Positions 1 to 9,735 of a stretch of DNA of 64,000 nucleotides are shown here, one piece after another. The stretch is taken from positions 42,806 through 106,805 of IMG/VR virus record IMGVR_UViG_3300050821_005814. One strand, written 5' to 3'. A model generated the notes under the pieces. That model ran no database searches. It saw only the letters and a program-made list of their open reading frames with translations, and was not told the origin of the DNA. The position numbers were made by a program, and so were the translations under genes. The DNA is from a virus. The stretch's first letter is position 1. Each line of letters begins with the position of its first letter.

Positions 1-293
1 GGCGGCATGTCCGACTCAATGTTGACCCCTTCCCGCGTCATGTCGTCAGCGACTACGTCAACGACCTTGCGCACGAGCCATGCGCCACGATACATCCACT
101 CGAGTAGCGTATGGTTGCGGCTGAGCGGATTAAACCCATAGGTCGACGCGGACGAAAGGTTGTTCGTGCCATACCCAAGGTTAGCAGCAAAGTTCTGGAA
201 GCTGTCTGCTGTACGCACACGCGCGATGGAGTCGCTCGTGTATGCCTGCACGCGCACGCGCGGCTTGATAGGTGCGATAGGCGCGTCACTCAC
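1..293 (-). CDS. Portal protein N-terminus (DUF1073/HI1409-type), runs off the window start
   Basis: Not in ORF track. Manual translation from GTG at 293 (overlapping the upstream TGA): MSDAPIAPIKPRV...LLEWMYRGAWLVRKVVDVVADDMTREGV; matches the YRxxW...VDxxAxDMTRxG pattern of DUF1073 portals; lies downstream of terminase. Confidence 0.8.
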   Translation of the reverse strand, partial: MSDAPIAPIKPRVRVQAYTSDSIARVRTADSFQNFAANLGYGTNNLSSASTYGFNPLSRNHTLLEWMYRGAWLVRKVVDVVADDMTREGVNIESDMP

Positions 294-589
294 TTGCTTG
301 ACATCTCCTGCTGCTGCTGACGTAGTAATGCCAGCGCTTGGCTCAGCTTGCTGCTGCACTCGTCAAGGCGGTCGGCAGTCAGCGCACGCACATCCTCGTT
401 CTTGTTAGCGTACTCAATGATGGAGTCGAAGGTCCGGGGTTGTTTAGGCTTCACGATAGCAGCGGGATGCGGCGCGCACCCCTGCTCGAGATCTGCAGGA
501 AGGTGCATGTAAGGCGCAGTCGTTGCTTGCTGCGGCGCATGCGTGCAGCAGCTAAACATCATCAACAGGCTTGCAGGAACCAGACGCAA
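290..589 (-). CDS. Small exported or lipoprotein-like hypothetical protein
   Basis: Hydrophobic N-terminus ending in Cys; tightly packed between neighbours. Confidence 0.5.
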   Translation of the reverse strand: MRLVPASLLMMFSCCTHAPQQATTAPYMHLPADLEQGCAPHPAAIVKPKQPRTFDSIIEYANKNEDVRALTADRLDECSSKLSQALALLRQQQQEMSSK

Positions 590-592
590 GGA

Positions 593-1090
593 TCAGTGCC
601 CTCTGCCAGTCAGCGGTGTGTTGCTTGCCTTCTCAATCTGCTCAACGCGTACCTCGTGATTGACGTCATGCTGTTCAAGCGTATTGAGGCGCTTGCTTGA
701 TTCGCCCTGCTCCGCCTGCAGTGACGCAATCTGCTGACGCAAGACATCCAGCTGATCAGCGCGCGGACCAGCACCAACGGCTGCTGCTAGTGCTTGTGTC
801 TGCTTTGCGAGCTCTTGCATTGAGGCTGTCACCATAGTCACACGCTCATTGATCGTCTGCACCTGCGCGGCCGTCTTCGCGGCATTGACGTCATCCCGCG
901 AGAACACGCCAGACAAGCCAAGGATGAGCGTCAGCGTCGCAGCAGCAGCGCCAATGATGATTGCGACCGCTTGCCATGCCGACGCGTTACGTTCGAAATG
1001 TTGCCGAGCTCCATCAACCACTTTTTTGCCCCATGTCTTTGGCTCGCGGTTAACTACCTCATCAAGTTTGATGATCGACGCCAGTTGCAT
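593..1090 (-). CDS. Membrane-anchored coiled-coil protein
   Basis: One TM helix (AVAIIIGAAAATLTLILGLSGVF) followed by a heptad-rich region; GGAGG RBS upstream. Confidence 0.65.
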   Translation of the reverse strand: MQLASIIKLDEVVNREPKTWGKKVVDGARQHFERNASAWQAVAIIIGAAAATLTLILGLSGVFSRDDVNAAKTAAQVQTINERVTMVTASMQELAKQTQALAAAVGAGPRADQLDVLRQQIASLQAEQGESSKRLNTLEQHDVNHEVRVEQIEKASNTPLTGRGH

Positions 1091-1207
1091 CGGAAGCCTC
1101 CTTCAGCATTGGGTTGAGCGAGCAACAAAAATGCTGCTCGCCGCTCGCGTTGCTTAAATGATAGCTCCCGGACCTTAGCGCCCCAAAGCGGGGCGACATA
1201 TTGCTAG

Positions 1208-1579
1208 CTAATGCAGGTCGCTAAGAATTGACTCCTTGTGCGTGATCCGAGGCTGGATCATGCCAAAGAACATGCCTTGAATCAGCGTGCCGTACCAATG
1301 CCAGATGCCTGCCTCGCTTACCGGAGATACAAACACAGGCGTGTTGAGAGTGACATTAGGCCATTCCCCGCGCACTGTCCACTCAGGACGTCCGCGCCCA
1401 TGACCAACAAAATGTATAAGACCGTGCCGACCACAACCACACGGGCATGCAAAGCGGACAGCGGATGGCGTTTCATCGTCATCCCAGTACAAGAAGTGGA
1501 ACGCACCCGGCTGGCGCTTGATGATGTCTGTCGACGTCGCTGGCACCTCGAACGCTTGCACTTGTAAGCCAGTCCTCAT
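1208..1579 (-). CDS. CPCGCG-motif protein (DUF6527-like)
   Basis: FACPCGCG...W...TLxxP...HWxG; ATG at 1579 after GAGGGGG. Confidence 0.55.
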   Translation of the reverse strand: MRTGLQVQAFEVPATSTDIIKRQPGAFHFLYWDDDETPSAVRFACPCGCGRHGLIHFVGHGRGRPEWTVRGEWPNVTLNTPVFVSPVSEAGIWHWYGTLIQGMFFGMIQPRITHKESILSDLH

Positions 1580-1913
1580 TTGATCCCCCCTCAGAAGGCA
1601 GCAATGGTACGGTGCGCGTGCCGAAAGGTATCTCGCCGCGCACACGATCAACCATCTCATTGCTATTGGGCGGCAAGTACATGCGCTTCCAGTCAGGCGT
1701 TGTCGGGGGCGGCGCGGCATTAGCTGCCAATGCTTGCGTGATCTGAGTATGACTCGGTAATCCCAAGCGTAAGCGGCGGTCAGCAATCGTGTGTACGTTG
1801 ATACCCATGCGTTCAGCTATGTCAGTGTTACGCAGGGGCGGGCGGAGATTGCAGAGAGCTATTAGCTCAGCATCACGCTTAGGCCAGTACAAAGACGATC
1901 CACGTATAGGCAT
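1479..1913 (-). CDS. HTH DNA-binding protein, GcrA-like N-terminus
   Basis: W..RDAELIAL...DIAERMGINVHTIADRRLRLGL resembles the GcrA-type HTH. Confidence 0.45.
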   Translation of the reverse strand: MPIRGSSLYWPKRDAELIALCNLRPPLRNTDIAERMGINVHTIADRRLRLGLPSHTQITQALAANAAPPPTTPDWKRMYLPPNSNEMVDRVRGEIPFGTRTVPLLPSEGGSNEDWLTSASVRGASDVDRHHQAPAGCVPLLVLG

Positions 1914-1925
1914 TAGCGCGCATCC

Positions 1926-2252
1926 CTAAGGCACTTTCGCAATCGCATGGCATATATCGCCAACCTCATACCAGACCATCCAAGCACGCGTGCCGTTCGC
2001 TAGCAGCACTTGCTTTGAGCAGGATGAGTAGTCGCCTTCCTGCTGATGCTTGATAGTCGGATCAGCAACCAATTGCGGCGCAAACGGTGCGACATGGTCA
2101 TCGAGAAACTGCACAGTCCATGCGCCGCAGAAGAATAGCACCATGAGCGCTATGGTTGTGATCAACGCCCAAAGACCGCGCGGCGCATGCTTCTCATTGA
2201 TGATAGGCGGCAGCACGCGTTGCAGTTTGCCGTGTCGATGCACATACATCAT
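1926..2252 (-). CDS. Membrane-anchored protein, paralogue of 2572-2847
   Basis: TM helix plus C-terminal CxxxxLLxNGTxAxxVWxExGDxCH motif. Confidence 0.6.
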   Translation of the reverse strand: MMYVHRHGKLQRVLPPIINEKHAPRGLWALITTIALMVLFFCGAWTVQFLDDHVAPFAPQLVADPTIKHQQEGDYSSCSKQVLLANGTRAWMVWYEVGDICHAIAKVP

Positions 2253-2605
2253 TGCGTACCCATCTTGAGCGCCTCAGCAAGCGTGAGTTCACCCCATGTG
2301 CAATCAACGCCATACCCTTCGCCGCGTTCAACTGCTTGCCGCGCATTAGCATGCGCAAACATCACATAGGCTTTAGCGGCACCATGCGCGTAGGCATACC
2401 GCCCACCTTGAGGAGGCGTGCGAAGTTGCATGCCTCGCGGCGAGTACATGCGAAACACATCACCCGCCTTGAGATCACGCACCTCAACATACGACCACTT
2501 CTCGGACACACGGTCGTAGCGCATAGCGTACGTCCGCTCATCTTTCGGCGTCTCCGGCCACTCGTCATCCATCAGCGCGGCTTCACTTCTGCGAGCTCGT
2601 GACAA
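2249..2605 (-). CDS. Hypothetical protein
   Basis: ORF whose start and stop overlap neighbours in the minus-strand operon. Confidence 0.55.
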   Translation of the reverse strand: MSRARRSEAALMDDEWPETPKDERTYAMRYDRVSEKWSYVEVRDLKAGDVFRMYSPRGMQLRTPPQGGRYAYAHGAAKAYVMFAHANARQAVERGEGYGVDCTWGELTLAEALKMGTQ

Positions 2606-2847
2606 GTATCACCCGCCTCAGCCCAGACGATCTCGGCGACAGTACCATCAGACAGCAGCGCTTCACCAGCGCATGCGACCTTGCCGCTACTCCTGCCAAT
2701 CGTAGCAGGCGGCGCTGACGAACGTACTATGGCTGACAGCACAGACGCATGCACAGGCGGCGGATCATCGACTGCGCTCACGAACATTACTATAGATGCG
2801 CCGCCTAGCAGCGCTACCACGACCCACGTGAGCAGCGCGCGGATCAT
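2572..2847 (-). CDS. Membrane-anchored protein, paralogue of 1926-2252
   Basis: N-terminal TM plus CxxxxLLxDGTxAxxVWxExGDxCH motif. Confidence 0.6.
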   Translation of the reverse strand: MIRALLTWVVVALLGGASIVMFVSAVDDPPPVHASVLSAIVRSSAPPATIGRSSGKVACAGEALLSDGTVAEIVWAEAGDTCHELAEVKPR

Positions 2848-2986
2848 AACCGGTACCGGACATAGCTCATCCGCCGCCCCAGCCGATACTCATTCCATTG
2901 CTGATGCCAGAGCGCACTTGCTTCCTGCGATGTCGTGATGCAGATCTCCCACCTGCCATCGCGGAACATGTAGACTGTATAGCGTA

Positions 2987-4318
2987 TCATCCTGCCAATT
3001 TCTCCCAAACGCCAAGACCACCACGCTTGGTAATATACCCGTCAAGCGAGTAACCGACCGCATCCCACCCATGGTTGTGCGCGTCGACTACTATCGGCAG
3101 TATCAGCGGCTGCTTTGTGACTGGATCAATACGCTTCTCGTCAGTCTTGTAGGAATAGAGCCTCGCCTCCTGCGCCATACCGACGCAGCGCTCGTGAATG
3201 TGAATCTTGCCAAAGCCCTTCAGGTGCGAGATGCGGTCTTCAACGCACCCCTGCCACTTGAGTGCAGCAGACATGTTGATGCCTTGCCGCAATACATAGC
3301 TGATCGTCTCCGGCCGCGCGTTGTCCGCCTTCACCGGCCAGTCAGTGATACCAGGAATGCCCTCGTACTGCATGCCGCTGATTGGTGCGCGGCCGCCCTT
3401 CAGCGCGTAGGGGATGTCTTCCAACTCAACGCCAACGCCGAAGAACTCATGCGTGATCCACAAGTCGTTGTTGTGGATGTAGCTGCGTATGCCGCACAGC
3501 GGATCGTTCGCAAAGCCAAAGTCGACGCCGTAGAAGTACTTGTCGACGATCTCAGGTTCCTCGAACCCTTCGATCGCATAGCGGTCCTTGAAGATAGCTG
3601 CTGACGAAATATGCCGGCACATACCCTCCCACACCCAGTCGTACGCGTCTGCGTCTGTCAGCATCATTTGCTTGCGCAGACGATTGAGCGACTCAGGGAA
3701 CCATGGATTGTCCTGCCAGCCTACCTTCTCGACGAGTGCGTCTGTCGAATGACCTGTGACAAACGTCGCATACATGTAGTCGTCGGGATCAACGGCATTG
3801 AAGCTGATCCAAATCTCCGGGTTGATACCGCCACGCTCGCCTCTGATCGTTGGGTCGAGGAGCAGCATGGACTCGCGTGATGTCGTCTGCCCTTCCTCAA
3901 TCCAGCAAATCGTCACACCTTCAAGCGATCGTATCTCAGCGATGTTACGCTTGAGTCCGCGGAAGATGAACTCACTACCCGTCAGCTTGCATCGTATCGT
4001 GCGGTCGGTGATCTCGAAGAACGCTGCTAGTCCGAGTGCGCGTATCTGACCTGCAATGACACGATGCACGCTGTCAGCGATACTCGTCTGGAACTCACGC
4101 GTGCAGAGTATCAAATGTTTCTGCACCATCGCACGCCCAATTGCCGCACGTGCAAATGATCGGCTCTTAGCCCCGCCTCGACCGCCCCAGGCGACCCGAT
4201 ATCTTACCGCCTCACCCGCGTCGGTCGTGCTCGCGGATAACAGCTTGCGAAAGCGCGGCGGGAAGCGGATGCGAAGAGGACCAGGACCTTCTGAATCTGT
4301 GAGAGCGTCGAGAGGCAT
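2987..4318 (-). CDS. terL: Terminase large subunit (PBSX/Terminase_3 type)
   Basis: Walker A GGRGGAKS, CTREFQxSIxDS, WIEEGQ Walker B, nuclease GVDFGFANDP and HNHGWDAVGY. Confidence 0.95.
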   Translation of the reverse strand: MPLDALTDSEGPGPLRIRFPPRFRKLLSASTTDAGEAVRYRVAWGGRGGAKSRSFARAAIGRAMVQKHLILCTREFQTSIADSVHRVIAGQIRALGLAAFFEITDRTIRCKLTGSEFIFRGLKRNIAEIRSLEGVTICWIEEGQTTSRESMLLLDPTIRGERGGINPEIWISFNAVDPDDYMYATFVTGHSTDALVEKVGWQDNPWFPESLNRLRKQMMLTDADAYDWVWEGMCRHISSAAIFKDRYAIEGFEEPEIVDKYFYGVDFGFANDPLCGIRSYIHNNDLWITHEFFGVGVELEDIPYALKGGRAPISGMQYEGIPGITDWPVKADNARPETISYVLRQGINMSAALKWQGCVEDRISHLKGFGKIHIHERCVGMAQEARLYSYKTDEKRIDPVTKQPLILPIVVDAHNHGWDAVGYSLDGYITKRGGLGVWEKLAG

Positions 4319-4321
4319 GAC

Positions 4322-4819
4322 TCAATTGCCTTGCGCCTCTTGGCCATACGACTTCCCCGACAACCATATATGTCTGGGGTCGCTATTGAGATACCCTGAC
4401 GACAACCCATCGATCGTTGTCATGTAGATGCGGAAGTCGTAGATGTCCTCGCCATTCGCATAGTCACAGCCACAATTGATGACTGCCCCCGAGTTGACGA
4501 ATGTGTCGTAGGCCTCGCCGCCAAGCGCTGCCCAAAAGTCGACGCCATTCTTATGCACAGATAGCACGAGGTTGAGATTGACCATTAGCGGCGCGCCAAA
4601 GTTCATGACCCAACCCTGTGCGCACCAGTCAATATGACCGGCTTGCGGCTTCCACTGGAAGTTGACGTTGTCCCACTCGCCGCCTGTGTCATAGCCCTTC
4701 ACGCCAGCAAAGTTGAAGTCAGTGCGGCCCTGCATCTTCGTGTAGCCGCCGACAGGACCGTGGGGGATGCCCATCTGCGACAAACTACCATTGGGTCCAG
4801 CACGAAAGCTATTGATCAT
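4322..4819 (-). CDS. Stand-alone C1q/TNF-like beta-sandwich protein
   Basis: SFRA...YDxGGxWD...WKP..G...HKNG...DYANGxDxY...WLSG pattern; similar to 12290-12793. Confidence 0.55.
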   Translation of the reverse strand: MINSFRAGPNGSLSQMGIPHGPVGGYTKMQGRTDFNFAGVKGYDTGGEWDNVNFQWKPQAGHIDWCAQGWVMNFGAPLMVNLNLVLSVHKNGVDFWAALGGEAYDTFVNSGAVINCGCDYANGEDIYDFRIYMTTIDGLSSGYLNSDPRHIWLSGKSYGQEAQGN

Positions 4820-4954
4820 TCGTCCTATGTTCCTTGCAAGTGCAGAGGCTGAGCGCCGGTTCGGGACCTTCAGTCGTCAGGGGAGCCGGGGGAGGAACGC
4901 CAGCGCGACCAAAGGGTCGCTCAGCCTCTGCTTCGTTGAGCGCTTAGCTGCGCC

Positions 4955-5296
4955 TTATAGTGACTCGCGCTTGATGCGCGCACGTTGTTCGACTTTTGCA
5001 TGACGCACTGCATGGAGTAGTTCAAACAATGACGCATGCGCTAACCAAGAAGCGAAGTCGCGCTTGCGCACACCATCCGACTCCGCATACATCATCAACC
5101 CAAGCGTCTGCACATCGCTGCCTTCACGCACTACCATGTGCTGCAAGTCAGCGCGCGGCACAAAGCCTGCTTTCGCCCACTCAACGCGAATTGCGCGACG
5201 CATGCGATAGGTAGCGACATGCGTGATCTCTTTGTCTTCATCCGTGCGCGGCGGCCGATGCCAGCTCACTTGTACGTCGCCCATGGATGCGAGCAT
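4955..5296 (-). CDS. Hypothetical protein
   Basis: ORF in packed minus-strand operon. Confidence 0.5.
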   Translation of the reverse strand: MLASMGDVQVSWHRPPRTDEDKEITHVATYRMRRAIRVEWAKAGFVPRADLQHMVVREGSDVQTLGLMMYAESDGVRKRDFASWLAHASLFELLHAVRHAKVEQRARIKRESL

Positions 5297-5559
5297 GGAT
5301 CAGTCGTCGGCCAGTAGTTCTTCTCAACGGCAATGTTCACGCCGTTCTCGCACTCAATGAGCATCGTGCGTGATGGAGGTGCGGTCGTCAGCACTGACCC
5401 AGCAGGCGGGGAATTCTGCTGAGGCCAAGGCGGATCGTTCAACGCCCCCTCATCGCACAGCGTGATCATACCCTTGACATTATCCCACACCATAGTGCAT
5501 TCCGGCGCAGGCGACGCAGCAATCGTCAGGAGAGCGGCAAGCAAAGCTAGTGCGCGCAT
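5266..5559 (-). CDS. Small secreted protein
   Basis: Signal peptide MRALALLAALLTIAA; four Cys. Confidence 0.55.
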   Translation of the reverse strand: MRALALLAALLTIAASPAPECTMVWDNVKGMITLCDEGALNDPPWPQQNSPPAGSVLTTAPPSRTMLIECENGVNIAVEKNYWPTTDPCSHPWATYK

Positions 5560-5843
5560 TTGACTACATCCTGCAACGCATCCAATGGCAGCGAGTAACG
5601 CTCATGCACGAGACGAACGAACTTGTCCGCATCCCACTTGAACGTCAGCACCATCGAGTAGCGCTGCGCCTTCTGCGCATCGGTTGGCTCGTCCGCGTCG
5701 CACGTGTAGCACTCAAGCGCAATGTCCGCGAGATCATCGACTGCTGATGCAGGCATCGATGTGAAAGTCGTCAGCGCCTTTGCGGCGCCCTCGATCACCG
5801 CATGTATGCGGTTGATGCCAGCACCCTTCGAGTAGGTGACCAT
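5547..5843 (-). CDS. Hypothetical protein
   Basis: ORF in packed operon. Confidence 0.5.
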   Translation of the reverse strand: MVTYSKGAGINRIHAVIEGAAKALTTFTSMPASAVDDLADIALECYTCDADEPTDAQKAQRYSMVLTFKWDADKFVRLVHERYSLPLDALQDVVKCAH

Positions 5844-6202
5844 TATCGTGTCTTCTCAGCCCCCATCACAAAGCAGTGCGCTGATGCTAGCTGCGTCGCT
5901 TGTATCCACTGCGCTGCTAGATCACACGCCTGCAGGTTTGCCCAACCATCCTTGATGGCAACCCCATGGCTGCTCACCGTGATCAGGACTATACCTGCAA
6001 GCAAGCCGCGCACGCTACTTGTCCTTGAAGAAGGCACCCAAGAGCGAGTTGATGAAGCTGCCATCGCCTTTCGGTAGCATCAAACCAGTCACCTCACGCA
6101 ACGTGCGCGGTCCAATGCCGCCAAGCTTACCGTTGGAGCGTGTGCGGCGCATGCTATTGCGACGTTCAGCGCGATAGCGGCGTAGGCTATTCCCTTTCGG
6201 CA

Positions 6203-6382
6203 TCAGATCAGTCCCTTCTCTCGCGCGATCCCAGTTGGGATGGTATATACATCGCCGTCACGCTCAACGAGCGCCTTAGGTAACCATACCTTCTTATCGC
6301 CATCGCTCACGAGCCATGCAAGATCGGTCTCGTGAACGTAGTCCAAGGTGAGATCAACGATCTCGTCACCCTTCTGCGGCAT
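6203..6382 (-). CDS. Small phage protein (59 aa, MPQKGDEIVDLTLDYVHETDLAWLVSDGDKKVWLPK...)
   Basis: Manual translation; GAGGGAG RBS; ETxxAxLV..G...VWLPK pattern common in phage proteins; promoter-like motif upstream. Confidence 0.6.
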   Translation of the reverse strand: MPQKGDEIVDLTLDYVHETDLAWLVSDGDKKVWLPKALVERDGDVYTIPTGIAREKGLI

Positions 6383-6404
6383 TTGACTCTCCCTCAGCTA
6401 AGGG

Positions 6405-6415
6405 AGCATATACCC
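6405..6415 (-). promoter_or_regulatory. GGGTATATGCT promoter-like motif
   Basis: Same 14-mer (agcatatacccgac) at 11241; related motifs at 11961, 14926, 16869, 17706, all upstream of genes or structured regions. Confidence 0.5.
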
Positions 6416-6885
6416 GACGTTCAACGCATGTCCGCACTATGCTGCACATGGCGGGATAGAGACAGGCGCCGCGTAGTGAGCACTGGTAACGATAGGCAAT
6501 GGCCTCGGGCGCAGGGGACGCATCATGACACGCACTAGCCCAGCCGATCATATTCGCCTGCGCGATCGCTGCGTTGCGCCTATGCGCTCGACGCAAGCAC
6601 GTGTTGTACCTAGCGCGCCACCAGCGGTATTGCGTGTCAGCGGTAAGCCTGCGCGTCGCACGTTCGCGCTCCATGAGCGTCCACGCTGCGACAAATGCTT
6701 TCATTTTGGCAGCAAGTGCGCGACAACGTGCGTACGATTGCCCATACGTTTCTTCGACATGACCTTGTAAGGATGCCCTTTTGGCACATGCAGCTCCATG
6801 GTGCCTGGATCAGCATAATCAGTATGCCCTTCAGCTACTGCATGCTTAAGGCTAGTCGCATCTAACCACACGTGCACCTCAACCA

Positions 6886-7095
6886 TCACGCACACTTCCA
6901 GGCAGCAAGACCTAGCCCAACGCCTTCATAGAAAGAGCTATCCAAGGCATGCACAAAGTCGTGCTTGATAAAGCAGTCGAAAACAACGTTGGCTGCTACC
7001 AGCGATCCCCACAAGATCAACATGTCAATGCGACGCTTGCGGCGCTGCTCACGCACAACGCGTGTGATGGTCTCGAGCAATTGCTCGCTAGTCAT
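6886..7095 (-). CDS. Small membrane protein
   Basis: Hydrophobic segment; start overlaps the terS stop. Confidence 0.5.
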   Translation of the reverse strand: MTSEQLLETITRVVREQRRKRRIDMLILWGSLVAANVVFDCFIKHDFVHALDSSFYEGVGLGLAAWKCA

Positions 7096-7640
7096 GTCTC
7101 TTCAAACTCACCATCGAGGATCTCACCCTGCGCCGGACCATTGAAGTCAAAGATCAGCGTAGGTGGCGGACGCAGATTACCATCTGGGTTGTTGATGTCG
7201 ACCTGACCGCGCTTCTTCCACGTATCCTTCTGACGGTTGGTCAGCCACAACTCAATAGCACCGACATCAGGCGGGTAATGCTCTATGTACGAGGCACGCT
7301 TGATATCACCCGTCTTACTGTCGTACCAAAGCTTCTCCGCCGCATGCTCATACCCCTTGGCACGATGGTAGAGCGCATGCGCTACAACACCATCAGCGAG
7401 GTCACCACCTTCATTCCAACTACTCGCGAATTCTGCGATACTACTACGCCAGTCTTCTATCGTCTGCGGACTGACTTCAAAGATCTCACATATGCGCTGG
7501 TGGGATAAGCCGCACATGCGTAACTTGCGTACAAGATCCGCATACCCCTCGCGATACAATGTAGGGCGCCCCACAGGACGCTCCTTCATCTCGTACTTGC
7601 GCTTGCGGCCGAAATGCCCCTTGGGGTACTTACCCGCCAT
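7092..7640 (-). CDS. terS: Terminase small subunit
   Basis: GRPTLY, HTH (ICEIFEVSPQTIEDW), ALYHRAKGY, HYPPDVGAIELWLTNRQ...W motifs of alphaproteobacterial-type TerS; start chosen at MAGKYP. Confidence 0.85.
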   Translation of the reverse strand: MAGKYPKGHFGRKRKYEMKERPVGRPTLYREGYADLVRKLRMCGLSHQRICEIFEVSPQTIEDWRSSIAEFASSWNEGGDLADGVVAHALYHRAKGYEHAAEKLWYDSKTGDIKRASYIEHYPPDVGAIELWLTNRQKDTWKKRGQVDINNPDGNLRPPPTLIFDFNGPAQGEILDGEFEET

Positions 7641-7686
7641 GCGCGGCAGTGATTGACGCTTCATAGTCCATAGTCCCGCAAAGGCT

Positions 7687-7974
7687 TTAGGGTGCTGCCA
7701 TCGCCGTTGGATGGTCGAGGAAGGAGAACACTGGCGTGATCTCAATGCGGAGCTGGTTGCTTGCCCCACCATCCCATGACGCTTGGCTGCCTGATGCATC
7801 AACCTGCACTGGCATCATCGGCGGATATGCATCGAGTGCTGCCTCGATGATGTCAACGGCTTTCAGCATGATGGACTGTTCAGGTTCAGCCATCTTCATC
7901 GATGATGCTTGCCGCTTGATCTCCGCCATGACGAGTGGCGGCCGGCCGGTTACCTTGTAGAAGCTCCACGACAT
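7687..7974 (-). CDS. Hypothetical protein
   Basis: GGGGAG RBS; MSWSF...ASGSQ pattern. Confidence 0.55.
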   Translation of the reverse strand: MSWSFYKVTGRPPLVMAEIKRQASSMKMAEPEQSIMLKAVDIIEAALDAYPPMMPVQVDASGSQASWDGGASNQLRIEITPVFSFLDHPTAMAAP

Positions 7975-8096
7975 AGTCGATACTCCCCCTTAGTGAATGC
8001 AGCGCCAAAGCACTGCTAGCAACATGATGGCGCAACCAATGCCGAATACCGTAGCGAATGACTGCGCGAACAGATCCAAGTATGCGCGTAGTGTCT

Positions 8097-8309
8097 TCAT
8101 CGCAGCAGCGGCAAGCTGTGAATGGTGCCGCCAACCAAATTGAGTAGCATGAGAATGACTATCAAGCACGCAATCACGACGACAACAACGCGTGCAGCAG
8201 TAGCGAAAGGTTGAGGTAGCGGGATTTGCTGCAACACCCACAGGACGAGCCCGACAAGCAGTCCGACAATGAGTAGATAGATCAGCAGGTAGATCAACTC
8301 GTTGATCAT
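8097..8309 (-). CDS. Small two-TM membrane protein (Thivi_2564-like)
   Basis: LIYLLIVGLLVGLVLWVLQQIPLPQPF..AARVVVVVIACLIVILMLL. Confidence 0.65.
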   Translation of the reverse strand: MINELIYLLIYLLIVGLLVGLVLWVLQQIPLPQPFATAARVVVVVIACLIVILMLLNLVGGTIHSLPLLR

Positions 8310-8322
8310 GACGTCACACTCC

Positions 8323-8832
8323 CTATTGCACGAGCTCAACATTGGCTCGATCAAACATCAGCACGACCTCGCGCTGCATCCAACTCATGAGCAGCGCTAC
8401 CCGTTGCTGATCGGTCCATGTGACGAACCCCTCGCGCAGCATACCAGTCTGATGATCGACTGCGAATGCTCCCTTTAGTATGCGTACCCTGCACCCCTCG
8501 AACAGAATAGGGCGCTCGGGATCGTCCATATTGGACATGGACTTGATCTCGTCGATCGCGCCAGGCGGCAGTGCGACGGGACAGTTCTCGCTGTGGGAGA
8601 ACAACTGGCGTACGCCGCGCGTTGATACTATCTTCTTCCATGGATCGGACAGCAGGTCGAATGCAACAAAAGCGTACCGCGAGAACAATGGCTTAATCGC
8701 TGGCGCCTTCTTACTCGTGTAGCGCCGCAGGTAGGTCGGGCAGAACGCCTCAAACCCCTGCTGCATCATATGCGCGACAGCTAGGAACTCGGATCTAGGC
8801 AGCGTGTATACGCAATACCATTCGATCGCCAT
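8323..8832 (-). CDS. nusG: NusG/RfaH-family transcription antitermination factor
   Basis: WYCVYT..RSE..A..HM.QQGFEAFCP, PLFSRYAFV, STRGVRQL, KOW-like GCRVRILKGAF. Confidence 0.85.
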   Translation of the reverse strand: MAIEWYCVYTLPRSEFLAVAHMMQQGFEAFCPTYLRRYTSKKAPAIKPLFSRYAFVAFDLLSDPWKKIVSTRGVRQLFSHSENCPVALPPGAIDEIKSMSNMDDPERPILFEGCRVRILKGAFAVDHQTGMLREGFVTWTDQQRVALLMSWMQREVVLMFDRANVELVQ

Positions 8833-9171
8833 GCAGCACTATCCCCCGTCCGACAGCTAAGTAGCTGCCGCAGACCACAGCGGTACGACCGACTGTAGCC
8901 CCGCCAAGCTGTGAACGGGGGAACCTTATAGCGACCATTTTGGTTTGGCTGCAACGCTTTGTTTTTGGTGCAGCATTTACTACGCCTGCATACTGCTAGT
9001 GCTAGTCTGACTATAGCTTGAAGTAGATCGCGACTAGCATCCAAAAGATAGCCATGAGAAAGCCTCCTTTGGCTACATCATAATAGCGGGTGAAAGTCGC
9101 GATGAAGCACCCGCTCAAGTAGAAGCTACCCCCCAGTATGAGGAAGGGAATGGATGGTGCAGACAGATCTA

Positions 9172-9735
9172 TCACGTCTGCGGACCGATGAAGTGCCCAT
9201 CCTTCAACTCGCCGACCTTCTCATAGTCCATACCGTGAATCACATGGTAGGCGTAGCCATCGCTGTTGTGCGATAGTGCGAGATACTCGCCGCGCTCCTT
9301 ACGCTCGAGCACGACCGTCAGGTGATTCTGCAGGTCGTCAGGCAGTGCGTTGCGCGCAAGCAACACGTCACCGACCTGATAGCTTGTGCCGGTCGTGTAA
9401 CGTCGCGTCGCAGTCAGGAGGGGCTCAATGAGTACGCGCTGCCCCTTGATCATGACGGATGCAACAGGCGGTTGCTGCTTTGGACCTACGGCAGGGCGCG
9501 GCTTGATCTCGACGAGATCGAGGTACTCTTCAGTCAACCAGCAGCGAATGTCGCCGATCGAAGGGATTTGGAACAGTACGCTCCATGTGTTCGTCTGTGG
9601 GTCGAGACGCTCAAGCATACCTATCTCCTGGCGCTGCGCGAGCATGACCAAATGACGGTTCTGCTGCATGCCGCCAACGGGATTTGGCGGGACTTCCTTG
9701 ATTGTGACGCGTGAACCTGCTCTGAAGTCAGACAT
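9172..9735 (-). CDS. Hypothetical protein
   Basis: AAGGAG RBS before MSDFRAG. Confidence 0.6.
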   Translation of the reverse strand: MSDFRAGSRVTIKEVPPNPVGGMQQNRHLVMLAQRQEIGMLERLDPQTNTWSVLFQIPSIGDIRCWLTEEYLDLVEIKPRPAVGPKQQPPVASVMIKGQRVLIEPLLTATRRYTTGTSYQVGDVLLARNALPDDLQNHLTVVLERKERGEYLALSHNSDGYAYHVIHGMDYEKVGELKDGHFIGPQT

